Shown here: positions 14,198 to 23,916 of the stretch, piece by piece
How positions within the stretch are numbered: position 1 is the stretch's first letter
How the letters are laid out: every line of letters begins with the position of its first letter
Virus record (IMG/VR): IMGVR_UViG_3300021962_000073
Location: 13,978-77,977 of that record
From: a virus
Strand: one strand, 5' to 3'
Length of the DNA stretch: 64,000 nt
Made by a program: the position numbers and the translations under genes
Notes under the pieces: model-generated
Databases searched by the model: none
Seen by the model: the letters and a program-made list of their open reading frames with translations, nothing else
What the model was told of the DNA's origin: nothing

Positions 14198-14952
14198 AAG
14201 TTGCAGTTGTAACTCCCACTATTGGCACACGATATCTTTCTGATTGTGTCCAAAGTATAGATGAACAAACATATGATAATCTTACTCATTATATTTTCTT
14301 AGATGGTGAGAAACAATATGGAAATAAAATTTGGCGCCAGTTAGAGGGAGCATCCAGGATTAAAACCATCCGACTCGAAGAGAACATTGGAAAAGGATGG
14401 TATGGTCACCGAGTCTATGCTGCATGTTCTTTTTTAGTGAATGCTGATATTATTTTTTATCTTGATGAAGACAATTGGTTCGAAAAAGATCATGTAGAAA
14501 GTCTTGTCAAAATTATTACTGAAGAAAATTTAGATTGGGCCTATAGTTTTAGAAAAATTTATGATAAAGAAGGCAATTATCTGTGTGAAGATAATTGCGA
14601 ATCTCTGGGAAAATGGCCCATTTATTTTTCTGAAGATCAATATCATATTGATACTTCCAGTTTCGCCGTAAAGCAGAATGTTGCTACTCGAATTGGTCAT
14701 TCTTGGTATGGACAATGGGGTGCAGATAGAAAATTCTTTTTCAATCTTAGCAAATATTTTCCGAAATATGATTGTTCAATGAATCATTCTTTATGTTATA
14801 GGCTTGATGGAAATCCTAACTCAGTCAGTAAAGAGTTTTTTGAAAAAGGCAACGAAGCAAATCTAGAACGTTATAATGGAATTTTACCATGGAAGAAAAC
14901 ATCAGAACCGCACTCGTTACGGGTGGGGCCGGGTATCTCGGTTCTTTTCTAA
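14194..14952 (+). CDS. glycosyltransferase family 2
   Basis: VVTPTIG...SIDEQTY...YLDEDNW GT-A motifs. Confidence 0.88.
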   Translation: MKVAVVTPTIGTRYLSDCVQSIDEQTYDNLTHYIFLDGEKQYGNKIWRQLEGASRIKTIRLEENIGKGWYGHRVYAACSFLVNADIIFYLDEDNWFEKDHVESLVKIITEENLDWAYSFRKIYDKEGNYLCEDNCESLGKWPIYFSEDQYHIDTSSFAVKQNVATRIGHSWYGQWGADRKFFFNLSKYFPKYDCSMNHSLCYRLDGNPNSVSKEFFEKGNEANLERYNGILPWKKTSEPHSLRVGPGISVLF

Positions 14953-15833
14953 GCAAAAAACTTAAAAAAGAAGGCTGGAGGGTCGTCGTATATGACAAAA
15001 AACCTCCAACACATACTTACTTCGATTCTCTTATTATAGATGATATACTGAATCGAGAAATGGTAAATACCGTTTTTTCTGAGGAAAATATCAATGTCGT
15101 TTTTCATCTAGCTGGTAGAATTGAAGTTGGTGAATCTGAAAAGAATCCTACTGAGTTTTGGGAAGTGAACGTCGGTGGAACTTTGATTGTATTGAATGCC
15201 ATGAAAAAGCATGGCGTCAACAAAATTATTTTTTCTTCTACTGCCGGTGTTTATTTTTCTAGCGGAATTATGATTCCTGAAGATGAAGCGACCACAAACA
15301 ATTCCGTATATTCAAATACAAAATTATCCTGCGAATATGCTATTGAAGATTCTGGTCTGGATTTTGTGATCTTCAGATACTTCAATTTGGCCGGAGCAGA
15401 TGATAATTTAGGTGAAAATCATGAGCCAGAAACTCACCTGATTCCTAGAATTCTTCAAAATCTAAATAGTTTTCAAATATATGGTAATGATTATGATACT
15501 CCCGATGGAACGTGCATAAGAGATTATGTACATGTTTCAGATGTAGTGAATGCTCATATTGAAGCAGTAAAATATCTTGATGATAATAAAGAGAATGTAA
15601 TTGTAAATTTAGGATCTGGACAAGGTTACTCTGTTTTAGAAATTATAGATATTATCGAGAAGGAAATCGGACTAAAATTAAATTATCAGATTGCTCCCAG
15701 GAGAGAAGGCGATCCAAGTCGTCTTGTTGCTGATATAACTCTTGCTAAAGAATTGTTAAATTATGAACCACAACACAAAATCGATTCAATCATTAAATCT
15801 GCCTATGAGTGGGAGAAGAAAAGATCCCGATGA
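14889..15833 (+). CDS. galE: UDP-glucose 4-epimerase
   Basis: TGGAGYLG, FSSTA, YxxxK, FRYFN, DGTCIRDYVHV. Confidence 0.93.
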   Translation: MEENIRTALVTGGAGYLGSFLSKKLKKEGWRVVVYDKKPPTHTYFDSLIIDDILNREMVNTVFSEENINVVFHLAGRIEVGESEKNPTEFWEVNVGGTLIVLNAMKKHGVNKIIFSSTAGVYFSSGIMIPEDEATTNNSVYSNTKLSCEYAIEDSGLDFVIFRYFNLAGADDNLGENHEPETHLIPRILQNLNSFQIYGNDYDTPDGTCIRDYVHVSDVVNAHIEAVKYLDDNKENVIVNLGSGQGYSVLEIIDIIEKEIGLKLNYQIAPRREGDPSRLVADITLAKELLNYEPQHKIDSIIKSAYEWEKKRSR

Positions 15834-16392
15834 AAAGGATATTTCTTTTACCGTACAAGATAAACTAGACAATTGTTTTTTAAATAATAATGTACACTTT
15901 TTGTATGGTGAGATCGATGAGATAAACATCAACAAAACGATTCAGTGGATTATTTACGAAAACACCCAAGAGAATACTAATAATAAAGTATTAAAATTAT
16001 ATGTTAATTCTATTGGAGGAGATTTGTATCAAGCTTTAGGTTTGATAGATGTCATGAGACTTAGTAACAATCCAATACACACTATTGGTATTGGTGCTGT
16101 TATGTCAGCGGCATTTCTCATCTTTGCTTCTGGTGAAAGAGGTCATCGTTATATCACAAGAAATTGTGGAATAATGTGCCATCAGTATACGGATGTTTAT
16201 GAAGGTAAACATCATGACCTCAAATCATTTGCCAAAGAGGCAGAATTAACAAATAAAAGAATGATGAAAATTCTTCAGGATGCCACTGGCATGACCGAAA
16301 GTCGGGTTAAAACAAAGCTACTTACACCGAGCGATGTTTGGATGTCTGCTGAAGAATTGGTGCAACTAGGTGTAGCCGATCAAATACTTTAA
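15805..16392 (+). CDS. clpP: ClpP-like protease
   Basis: NSIGG, AVMSAA (catalytic Ser), IMCHQ (His), DVWMSAEE. Confidence 0.85.
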   Translation: MSGRRKDPDEKDISFTVQDKLDNCFLNNNVHFLYGEIDEININKTIQWIIYENTQENTNNKVLKLYVNSIGGDLYQALGLIDVMRLSNNPIHTIGIGAVMSAAFLIFASGERGHRYITRNCGIMCHQYTDVYEGKHHDLKSFAKEAELTNKRMMKILQDATGMTESRVKTKLLTPSDVWMSAEELVQLGVADQIL

Positions 16393-16707
16393 AGGAGGAA
16401 AGACCGAAAATGATTGGTGGTATTAGAGTAGAGAGGGTCCAAAAAACTAAATTTCGTAAAGAAAGAGACCAAGAGAGTTATAGCAGTAAAAAGAAAAAAC
16501 ACCACGATAAAACAACATACCGTATGGTGAGAGAGGAAGACCATGAACTCGAATTATATCAAAAAGAAAATCGAAGAACTTGAAGAACAGATTGCCAGTC
16601 AACACGGCGATTTGAAGGAACTCAAGAAACAATTACATAATCTTCGAATGCAAGAATTTGAGGAAGATTTGCGTGAGAGTGACAATAGACAATTACTAAA
16701 AGGTTAA

Positions 16708-16757
16708 GTTGTAAAAAAACAACAGTAACTTGACAGATTGTTTGGTTATGATATACT
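16708..16757 (+). promoter_or_regulatory. early-type promoter with GTTG-N8-CAAC box
   Basis: GTTG-TAAAAAAA-CAAC 16708-16723, TTGACA 16730-16735, 16 nt, TG-A-TATACT ending 16757. Confidence 0.75.
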
Positions 16758-16763
16758 TTGTGA

Positions 16764-17144
16764 ATGATGAATATTCCTTCAGTTGGTTCTAAAATTTCTG
16801 TGACTGTCCGACACAAGTCGGTTTATCTCTATGCAAATCAGCCCTGGGATGAGCGAACTTATGTTGGTATGGTCGTGAAAAGTGCGAAGTGGGTTGATGC
16901 GGAGAGTTTTACTCTTCAGACTGAAGACTCGCAATTTCCAATCAAGATTATACATTCTGGTAAAGTGCATAATCTAAAATTTTTGTCTGGAGGTGACTCT
17001 CTTAATATTCGCAAGTTTCAAGTTCAAGGAAAAGGTGGTTCTTATACCGTGACAAAAACAGGCAAACAATATTCCTGTACTTGTATCGGTTTTAAGTATC
17101 ATTCAAAATGCAAACACATTACCGCAGTTATAGATAAGGAATGA
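16764..17144 (+). CDS. SWIM zinc-finger protein
   Basis: YSCTCIGFKYHSKCKH; ATG sits at the predicted +1. Confidence 0.8.
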   Translation: MMNIPSVGSKISVTVRHKSVYLYANQPWDERTYVGMVVKSAKWVDAESFTLQTEDSQFPIKIIHSGKVHNLKFLSGGDSLNIRKFQVQGKGGSYTVTKTGKQYSCTCIGFKYHSKCKHITAVIDKE

Positions 17145-17395
17145 TATGGATCAGTTTACGATGCTTGTTAATTATTTTGTTCAAAGTGATCAAGAAAAAC
17201 TTCAAGCTAGTCGTGGCTTGGAAACAACAGACTCTATGGAATTTGTTGAACAGGTCTTGCTAGAAGGTTATAATATCGAGGGAAATTTTCAATGAATGAA
17301 TTTGCTTTTTTTCTAGAAGCTTGGCTTTTTTGTTATAAAAACAATATCGATATCAAAAAAATTTATCGTAAAGATTGGAAAACCTGGGCACTACG

Positions 17396-17740
17396 ATGAT
17401 GATTTATGTACGCGACCGTTCTAAGATGAAGTCGCCAACTAAAAAACAACAGGCTGAGTATCAAGCTTGGCTCGATAGTTTGAGCCAACAAAGAACTGGA
17501 TTTTCTAAGACTCCCGTTCGAAAAGTTGCGAAGCCAGTTTATTTGCCAAAAGTTCCTCCTGGACGCGAAACGCCAAAATATCCAAGCGTAGACACTGGCG
17601 GTGGTTCGACCACTAAGCCCATTCACGGTAAGGTATATACTGGTAGTCTAATGAAAGGTATCGGAACGTTACATAAGAGTAACGCGGTTCCAATCTTCAC
17701 TGACCAGGAAGCTTTGGATCAAGCGAATATGCGCCGTTGA
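17396..17740 (+). CDS. conserved hypothetical protein
   Basis: VYTG...GIGTLHKSNAVPIF...MRR motif. Confidence 0.75.
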   Translation: MMIYVRDRSKMKSPTKKQQAEYQAWLDSLSQQRTGFSKTPVRKVAKPVYLPKVPPGRETPKYPSVDTGGGSTTKPIHGKVYTGSLMKGIGTLHKSNAVPIFTDQEALDQANMRR

Positions 17741-17867
17741 TATGGACCTTCATACCATCACAATTTTTGTCTCCGGTGCGTTCCTAGGTGCTGTCCTAGG
17801 TAGAATGTTGACTTTCTTTGTGTTGGCTGGAGCCTTGATTGTCATTTTATTGTTTCGTTTGTAAAAC

Positions 17868-17926
17868 GTTGTTTTTATGCAACATATGAAAAAATCTCTT
17901 GACTTTTGCATCCTCTGTGCTAAAAT
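17868..17926 (+). promoter_or_regulatory. early-type promoter with GTTG-N8-CAAC box
   Basis: GTTG-TTTTTATG-CAAC 17868-17883, TTGACT 17899-17904, 16 nt, TG-C-TAAAAT ending 17926. Confidence 0.7.
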
Positions 17927-17957
17927 ATTGTTTCCTTAATTTAAATCGGAGTTTATT

Positions 17958-18320
17958 ATGGCTAAACCTGCAAAGACCCTCAAACTTAAACCTGCTGAGA
18001 AACTTCTCAATCTTTTGATTACTGGTGATATTTTCACCAAAGACCAAATCAATGATCGACTTGGTACAGAAATTGAGATGTATCGAATTTCGACTTATAT
18101 GTGGTATATCAAGACTGAAGTTGGTGGTGTCATTCGCGTAACTAAAGACGGCCGGCGTGTCGTTGGATACCAACTTGTTAATGTGAAAGATATTGAAAAG
18201 TATCTTAAAGATCGCGGTATTCTTTTGAGTGTAAAACCTCCCGTTGAGAAACTTTCTGACCTTAAAGCGGAAAAAGTTTCTGATACAGAAGTTCTCGAAG
18301 TTACAGAAATTGCTCAGTAA
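17958..18320 (+). CDS. hypothetical protein (possible winged-helix DNA binder)
   Basis: 120 aa, SD GGAG, own promoter and terminator. Confidence 0.7.
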   Translation: MAKPAKTLKLKPAEKLLNLLITGDIFTKDQINDRLGTEIEMYRISTYMWYIKTEVGGVIRVTKDGRRVVGYQLVNVKDIEKYLKDRGILLSVKPPVEKLSDLKAEKVSDTEVLEVTEIAQ

Positions 18321-18346
18321 TTTTTATTCTCCTTGTTGTAACTTTC

Positions 18347-18371
18347 AGCCTGGTAAACTCCAGGCTTTTTT
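18347..18371 (+). terminator. intrinsic terminator
   Basis: AGCCTGG/CCAGGCT stem followed by a T tract. Confidence 0.8.
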
Positions 18372-18374
18372 ACT

Positions 18375-18917
18375 ATGAACATATTCTATCTACATAATGA
18401 ACCTAAAATTTGTGCGGAAATGCATAACGATAAGCATACCGTGAAAATGATTATCGAATATGCCCAACTTATGTCCACTGCACACCGATTGCTCGATGGC
18501 GTTCCTTATCTCGATAAGACTGCTAATGGTCGTTCAATCAAACGTTGGCGCCTTGAAGGTGAAAACGAAACCGTCATGATGAAGGCTTCTCATATCAATC
18601 ATCCTTCAGCCGTATGGACTCGTTCAAATCGCCAAAATTACAATTGGTTGTATTGTATGTGGTATTATCTTTGCAAAGAATATACCTATCGATATGATAA
18701 AATCCATGCGGTAGAAAAAAGAATGTCTAACGCATTGTATCTTCCTCCAATTAATATCGTGAGTAGTGAATTCTTTCCACCAACACCCGCAATGCCAGAT
18801 AATGTAAAAGTTCCAGGTAATTCTCTAGCGTCTTATCGTAACTATTACAATCGCAACAAAACTCATCTTGCATCTTGGAAAAATCGACCAACTCCCGAAT
18901 GGTATCAGGCTATATAA
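18375..18917 (+). CDS. pyrimidine-dimer DNA glycosylase (DenV-like family)
   Basis: MNIFYL...HNDKHTVKMIIEYAQLMSTAH...HPSAVW. Confidence 0.8.
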   Translation: MNIFYLHNEPKICAEMHNDKHTVKMIIEYAQLMSTAHRLLDGVPYLDKTANGRSIKRWRLEGENETVMMKASHINHPSAVWTRSNRQNYNWLYCMWYYLCKEYTYRYDKIHAVEKRMSNALYLPPINIVSSEFFPPTPAMPDNVKVPGNSLASYRNYYNRNKTHLASWKNRPTPEWYQAI

Positions 18918-18921
18918 AGAT

Positions 18922-19239
18922 ATGCCAACTTATACTTTTTTTAATTGTGAAACGGGTGAAGCGTTCGAAATGATGATGAAAATTTCCGAGCGTGATACCT
19001 TTCTGGTTGAAAATCCACACATTCAACCAGTTCTTACCGCACCAGCAATTCTATCTGGTGTTTCCACTTCAAATCAAAATCGGGTTCCCGATGGGTTCAA
19101 GGAGGTGCTTTCTAAAATTTCTGAAGCTCATCCCAGCAGCGGTGTGGCTGAAAAACATGGTAAAAAATCTATCAAACAGATTAAAACGGACCAAGTTGTA
19201 AAGAAACACGTTGAAAGGGTGACGGGAGTGAAAACATAA
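18922..19239 (+). CDS. FmdB-like regulatory protein
   Basis: MPTYTF...TGE.FE....SE...FL..NPH; typical position before phoH. Confidence 0.7.
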   Translation: MPTYTFFNCETGEAFEMMMKISERDTFLVENPHIQPVLTAPAILSGVSTSNQNRVPDGFKEVLSKISEAHPSSGVAEKHGKKSIKQIKTDQVVKKHVERVTGVKT

Positions 19240-19257
19240 TTTTTTAAAAGGTCATCA

Positions 19258-20001
19258 ATGTCTAGAAAAGCCAATACAAAAATAAAATTAGTAGAAGAAG
19301 AAACAAAAAACGGACATACATTAAGAATTAAGATAGACGATCTAAAAACATTTGATCCTCTAACTCAAAATCAAAAAAAGTTTTTTGATGCATACAAAAG
19401 AGGTGATTATTTTGTAGCACTTCATGGTGTAGCAGGCACAGGAAAAACATTTTGTGCGATGTATAAAGCCCTTGAAGAAGTTCTAGACAAATCAAATCCT
19501 TTTAATAAGATAATTCTCGTTCGTTCGGCAGTTCAATCTAGAGAAATCGGACATTTGCCAGGCGATGTAACTGAGAAGATGGAAATCTATCAGCAACCTT
19601 ATAGACAAATTTGTGAAACTCTATTTGGTCGTAAAGATGCATATCAAAGACTTGAAGAACAAGGATATGTTGAATTTATTTCGACATCATTTATTCGAGG
19701 TATGAGTTTTGATGATGCAATTATTATTGTTGATGAAATGCAGAATCTTACCTTCGAAGAGATTGATACTGTAATGACTCGTGTTGGATATCGTTCAAAG
19801 ATTATTTGGTGTGGCGATTATAGACAAACGGATTTGAATAAAAAGAAAAATGACATGAGCGGCATTTTGAAATTTTTTGATATCGCAATGCATATGGATG
19901 CATTTACTAAGATCGAGTTTACACCTGATGATATTGTTCGTTCTTCATTGGTGAAAGATTATATCTTGGCTAAACTTAGATACGAAGACCATGTTGTTTG
20001 A
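19258..20001 (+). CDS. phoH: PhoH-family ATPase
   Basis: GVAGTGKT, IGHLPG, FIRGMSF, DEMQN, GDYRQTD. Confidence 0.93.
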   Translation: MSRKANTKIKLVEEETKNGHTLRIKIDDLKTFDPLTQNQKKFFDAYKRGDYFVALHGVAGTGKTFCAMYKALEEVLDKSNPFNKIILVRSAVQSREIGHLPGDVTEKMEIYQQPYRQICETLFGRKDAYQRLEEQGYVEFISTSFIRGMSFDDAIIIVDEMQNLTFEEIDTVMTRVGYRSKIIWCGDYRQTDLNKKKNDMSGILKFFDIAMHMDAFTKIEFTPDDIVRSSLVKDYILAKLRYEDHVV

Positions 20002-20680
20002 ACATGTAAAAATACCAGAATTGCAATTTGATTTAGAAGCACAAACTAGTGATTCTGGTAGATTGTATCTGACTCCAAGTGGCAAGAAATATCCCTCCGT
20101 TACTACTGTTCTGTCACACTATAACTCTAAAGCTATCGCAGAGTGGCGTGAGAGAGTCGGTAATGAAGAAGCGAATAAAATATCAGGTAGGGCTTCTCGT
20201 CGAGGTACAAAACTTCATAGTGTATGTGAAAAGTATCTTTTGAATGAGATGACTGAATTGAAAATGCGCTCGATGATGCCTAATATTAAAGAATTATTTC
20301 TTAAAGTTAAACCTTATATTGACAAAAACATTTCGAAAGTATATACTCTAGAACAAGCGTTGTACTCGGATCATCTACGAATTGCTGGTCGAGTAGATTG
20401 TATTGCAGAGTGGAATGGAGTGTTATCTGTAATTGATTTTAAGTCTTCAACTAAAGCAAAGAAAAAAGAATCAATTGGTAATTATTTTATGCAATGCACC
20501 GCATATGCCGAGATGTTTTATGAATTGACTGGAACACCCATACATCAATCAGTTGTATTGATTGGTGTTGAAGAAGATAATGGACAAGTATTTGTTGAAA
20601 AAACTGCTGATCATTATTTACCTCTAAAAGAATATATTGACCGTTATTATGATAAATCAAACCGTACTGAATTTGTCTGA
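19991..20680 (+). CDS. PD-(D/E)xK exonuclease (Cas4-like, T4-like phage type)
   Basis: YPSVTTVL, RGTKLH, AGRVDCI...IDFK, QCTAYA. Confidence 0.88.
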   Translation: MLFEHVKIPELQFDLEAQTSDSGRLYLTPSGKKYPSVTTVLSHYNSKAIAEWRERVGNEEANKISGRASRRGTKLHSVCEKYLLNEMTELKMRSMMPNIKELFLKVKPYIDKNISKVYTLEQALYSDHLRIAGRVDCIAEWNGVLSVIDFKSSTKAKKKESIGNYFMQCTAYAEMFYELTGTPIHQSVVLIGVEEDNGQVFVEKTADHYLPLKEYIDRYYDKSNRTEFV

Positions 20681-21380
20681 CTCTTTAAAAGTCAACTATG
20701 ATTCTGCATACCCTTTTCCTTATGTTGTCATAGATAATTTTTTAAATGAGTTTGTTGCAAAAAGGATCGTTGAAGAATTAAAACAGTATCAGCATTGGTC
20801 TTGTGATACAACTGATGAAGTAAAAGATTATCAAATAAACAAATATTATACACCAGATGTCTTTGATCTTTCTACTCTAAATGCTCTGAACAGAGATTGC
20901 CCAATCACAAAATTTACTTTAGACTATTTGAATAGTTCGGATACATTAAATTTTTTAGAAAAACTTACAGGCATAAAAACACTGATTGGCGATGATACGT
21001 TTTTGGGTGGTGGCGTTCATCGTGTTTTGACTGGGGGTAAATTAGGTATACATGCAGATTTCAATATTCAGTTTAAAAATAATCTTCATCGTAGATTGAA
21101 TATGCTGATTTATTTGAATGAGAATTGGCAAGATCAATGGGGTGGCAATCTCGAACTTTGGGAAAAAGACATGAGCAAATGTTGCGTTCAAGTCAAACCA
21201 ATATTCAATCGTGCTATAATTTTTAGAATCACTGATGATGCTTTTCATGGTCATCCTCACCCACTAAATACCCCTCAAGGTGTTGACAGGTATTCTTTGG
21301 CATTGTATTATTACACAGAGGATAGACCAGAACATGAGAAAGCACCATTTCATCCAGTTGTTTGGAAAACTCCAAGATAA
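20649..21380 (+). CDS. 2OG-Fe(II) oxygenase
   Basis: PFPYVVIDNF, GGG.H, LGIHADFN, IYLN, FHGHP, R.SLALYYY. Confidence 0.88.
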   Translation: MINQTVLNLSDSLKVNYDSAYPFPYVVIDNFLNEFVAKRIVEELKQYQHWSCDTTDEVKDYQINKYYTPDVFDLSTLNALNRDCPITKFTLDYLNSSDTLNFLEKLTGIKTLIGDDTFLGGGVHRVLTGGKLGIHADFNIQFKNNLHRRLNMLIYLNENWQDQWGGNLELWEKDMSKCCVQVKPIFNRAIIFRITDDAFHGHPHPLNTPQGVDRYSLALYYYTEDRPEHEKAPFHPVVWKTPR

Positions 21381-21383
21381 GTA

Positions 21384-21572
21384 ATGTGGGTTTGGATATT
21401 ATCCATCACATTATTAGGTACCAATCCTGAACATTCAAGAATCGCTAAATTTGAGACTAAAGAAGATTGTCAGAAAGCACTGATTGCTAAAAGAAAAGAA
21501 TATGAACTAAAAGGTAGAGAAATGGTTGGTCATTGTTTTTATGGAAGAACAGATTCTAAAGGTTGGTGGTAA
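21384..21572 (+). CDS. small hypothetical protein
   Basis: 62 aa, hydrophobic N-terminus, F.TKEDC motif. Confidence 0.6.
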   Translation: MWVWILSITLLGTNPEHSRIAKFETKEDCQKALIAKRKEYELKGREMVGHCFYGRTDSKGWW

Positions 21573-21584
21573 TAAATAAAGCTA

Positions 21585-21931
21585 TGATCGTATGAAGTAG
21601 ATCGAAAGGTGTTCTGGACGGCGGTTCGATTCCGCCCAGGTCCACCAGTAAACTCTTTGAGTGACTACACTGGAACAACTGCAACACTTGCCAAAGTCGA
21701 CTAAAGCAAGAACCAGCCAGGAAGTAGGGTCACCGTGATTTCGAGTATCGCAGAGAGTTTACTAATGGGCCTGACCTGGTTTCGACAGGGCAATAAGTAG
21801 AGACATGGACGATCCGACACAGAGAGTCGTAAAAAGTAAATTCAATAAACGCAAATGAAGAAATCTTTGCATTAGCCGCCTAAACACGGCTTAGGGTTTC
21901 GGTGGGTTTCCTCGTAACAGAATAACCCACC
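21585..21931 (+). ncRNA. ssrA: circularly permuted (two-piece) tmRNA
   Basis: Acceptor piece with T-arm and CAGGTCC-ACCA ending 21647; coding piece starts GGGCCTG 21767 (G3:U70); tag ANEEIFALAA* 21851-21883; AATAAATA upstream. Confidence 0.9.
21648..21766 (+). ncRNA. structured RNA cargo in the tmRNA intervening segment
   Basis: 13-bp closing stem AGTAAACTCTTTG/CAGAGAGTTTACT; cargo homologous to 3714-3808. Confidence 0.7.
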
Positions 21932-21952
21932 ATCACTACTAGGAGGTATCAA

Positions 21953-22489
21953 ATGAAAAGTTTAACTTTTCTTAGTGTGATTTTTTTTATGCTTATAGTG
22001 AAAAACGTTTACGCTATACCAAATACGATTCTCTTCAGGGATCTTACCGCAGAAGCGCAGAAGCAGGTCGTATGTTTAGCAGATAACATCTATTTTGAAG
22101 CAGCCAGCGAATCTCATAACGGCAAAATGGCTGTTGGATTTGTCACACTAAATCGCGTTTCAACAGGAAACTATCCAAATACAGTTTGCGGAGTTGTACA
22201 TCAAAAGATAAGAGGAATTTGTCAATTTTCTTGGTATTGTGATCCAACCACTGCTAAGAAAAGGTTGACAATAAGATCCACTTCATTGTATAATGATATC
22301 TTGGATTTGGCAGTGTTTCTTGCGGTTTATTATCATTTTATAGAAGATGTTTCCAAAGGAGCCACACATTTTCATTCCGTCAGAGTTAATCCGAGATGGA
22401 AATTACAAAAAACTAGTCAAATAGGACAACACATATTTTATAGAAATAGATACGAAAGAATTAATAAAGAAAAATTTATTTTGGCATAA
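21953..22489 (+). CDS. cell wall hydrolase (SleB/Hydrolase_2)
   Basis: CLADNIYFEA, V.LNRV, YPNTVCGVV.Q, CQFSW, GATHFH, IGQHIFY. Confidence 0.9.
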   Translation: MKSLTFLSVIFFMLIVKNVYAIPNTILFRDLTAEAQKQVVCLADNIYFEAASESHNGKMAVGFVTLNRVSTGNYPNTVCGVVHQKIRGICQFSWYCDPTTAKKRLTIRSTSLYNDILDLAVFLAVYYHFIEDVSKGATHFHSVRVNPRWKLQKTSQIGQHIFYRNRYERINKEKFILA

Positions 22490-22492
22490 ATT

Positions 22493-23632
22493 ATGGACGA
22501 TTATGAATTGGAAAATTTTTTGGCGAGAATTAGAGTTGATGTTGCTACGCTGCGACGAAGACCTAAACGAAGATCGAATAAAAGAGTTTTAAAAAAATAT
22601 TGCTGGGAATCATATCAACTACCGATGAATATTATGGAAAAAAACAAAGATAGAATTTTTATTGGCGCATCCGATTATTCAGATTTCGTATTTTGTAATC
22701 TGGTGAATAATTTTGAAGATAAAAAATTATCTCTTTTTAATCGTGAAATTAAATTGCATGGCAATCGTCGCCGCTGGTATAACTTTATTGAATCTAATTA
22801 TGAGAATCAAAAGATTCTAGAAATCAACGACAATTCAGGCTATATTATTACTGAAGATGGATTTTTTAGATATAGCGTTAGTTCGAATTCGATTACTGTC
22901 GAAATTTATGGTTCGTTGAAATTTATCGATCAATCGGAAGAGTTTGTATTGAACAATTTTGAAATCGTCACATCTTATATCGAATGGGTATATAGTGCGA
23001 ATGGTGACACCGTAACAATTCCGTTAAATATGGACAAATTGCCCATCGATGAAATGTATCCATTTCTTAAAGATGAAACTCTGCAAGAATATTATGATAG
23101 GTTTTTAAATTCGACAGCAAACATTCTTTTGTTGATCGGTCCGCCTGGTACGGGCAAGACCACATTTATTCGAGGGCTTATTGCTCATAGCAATTCATCT
23201 GCCCTCGTCACATATGATGCGGCGATTTTGGAAAAAGACTATGTTTTTGCCAGATTTATTGAAGACAATAATGACATCATGGTCTTAGAAGATTCTGATA
23301 ATTTCCTAAATGCTCGTCAAGATGGTAACACTATGATGCATCGTTTTTTAAATGTGGGCGATGGTCTTGTGACAACAAAAGGTAAGAAGCTAATTTTCTC
23401 AACAAATCTTCCTTCTGTTCTTGATATTGATCCTGCACTAGTTCGTCCTGGTCGGTGTTTCGATATTCTTACATTTGATAATTTGCAAAAAGAAGATGCG
23501 GTGAAACTTGCGACTAAGGTCGGAGTAAACTTGACAGATGATAAGGATAGTTTTACAATTGCAGAAGTTTTTAATAAGCAAACATTAACTGACCAAAACA
23601 AAAAAATTGGTCGCAAACTTGGTTTTATTTAA
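22493..23632 (+). CDS. AAA+ ATPase
   Basis: GPPGTGKT, VLEDSD, STN, DPALVRPGRCF. Confidence 0.9.
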   Translation: MDDYELENFLARIRVDVATLRRRPKRRSNKRVLKKYCWESYQLPMNIMEKNKDRIFIGASDYSDFVFCNLVNNFEDKKLSLFNREIKLHGNRRRWYNFIESNYENQKILEINDNSGYIITEDGFFRYSVSSNSITVEIYGSLKFIDQSEEFVLNNFEIVTSYIEWVYSANGDTVTIPLNMDKLPIDEMYPFLKDETLQEYYDRFLNSTANILLLIGPPGTGKTTFIRGLIAHSNSSALVTYDAAILEKDYVFARFIEDNNDIMVLEDSDNFLNARQDGNTMMHRFLNVGDGLVTTKGKKLIFSTNLPSVLDIDPALVRPGRCFDILTFDNLQKEDAVKLATKVGVNLTDDKDSFTIAEVFNKQTLTDQNKKIGRKLGFI

Positions 23633-23642
23633 GGAGTTTATT

Positions 23643-23915
23643 ATGGCCGTACAACAATTTAGTATTAATCAGATTTCAAATGAGGCAGACAGGAAAAAAC
23701 TTCTGAGTGCCATTCGTGAATGTTCAGATTCTATGACTCGCATTTCTGCTGAAAAAGATTTGATTAAAGAAACCGTGAAGGCAGTTTGTGAAGAACTCAA
23801 ATTGCCTAAACGACTCGTGAATCGCCTAGTGAAAGTCTATCACAAACAGAATTATGATGAAGAAGTGGCTACACATGAACAATTCGAACAACTCTATGAG
23901 ACTATCGTAAAGTAA
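23643..23915 (+). CDS. dsbA: double-stranded DNA binding protein (T4 DsbA-like)
   Basis: Size, sequence pattern and T4 synteny dsbA-33-59-32. Confidence 0.8.
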   Translation: MAVQQFSINQISNEADRKKLLSAIRECSDSMTRISAEKDLIKETVKAVCEELKLPKRLVNRLVKVYHKQNYDEEVATHEQFEQLYETIVK

Positions 23916-23916
23916 T

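Noticed and set aside
20319-22294. Intragenic sigma70-like promoters (TTGACA 20319-17-TATACT; TTGACA 22265-18-TATAAT)
   Set aside because: Plausible internal promoters, but chance matches in AT-rich coding DNA cannot be excluded, so they are not listed as features.
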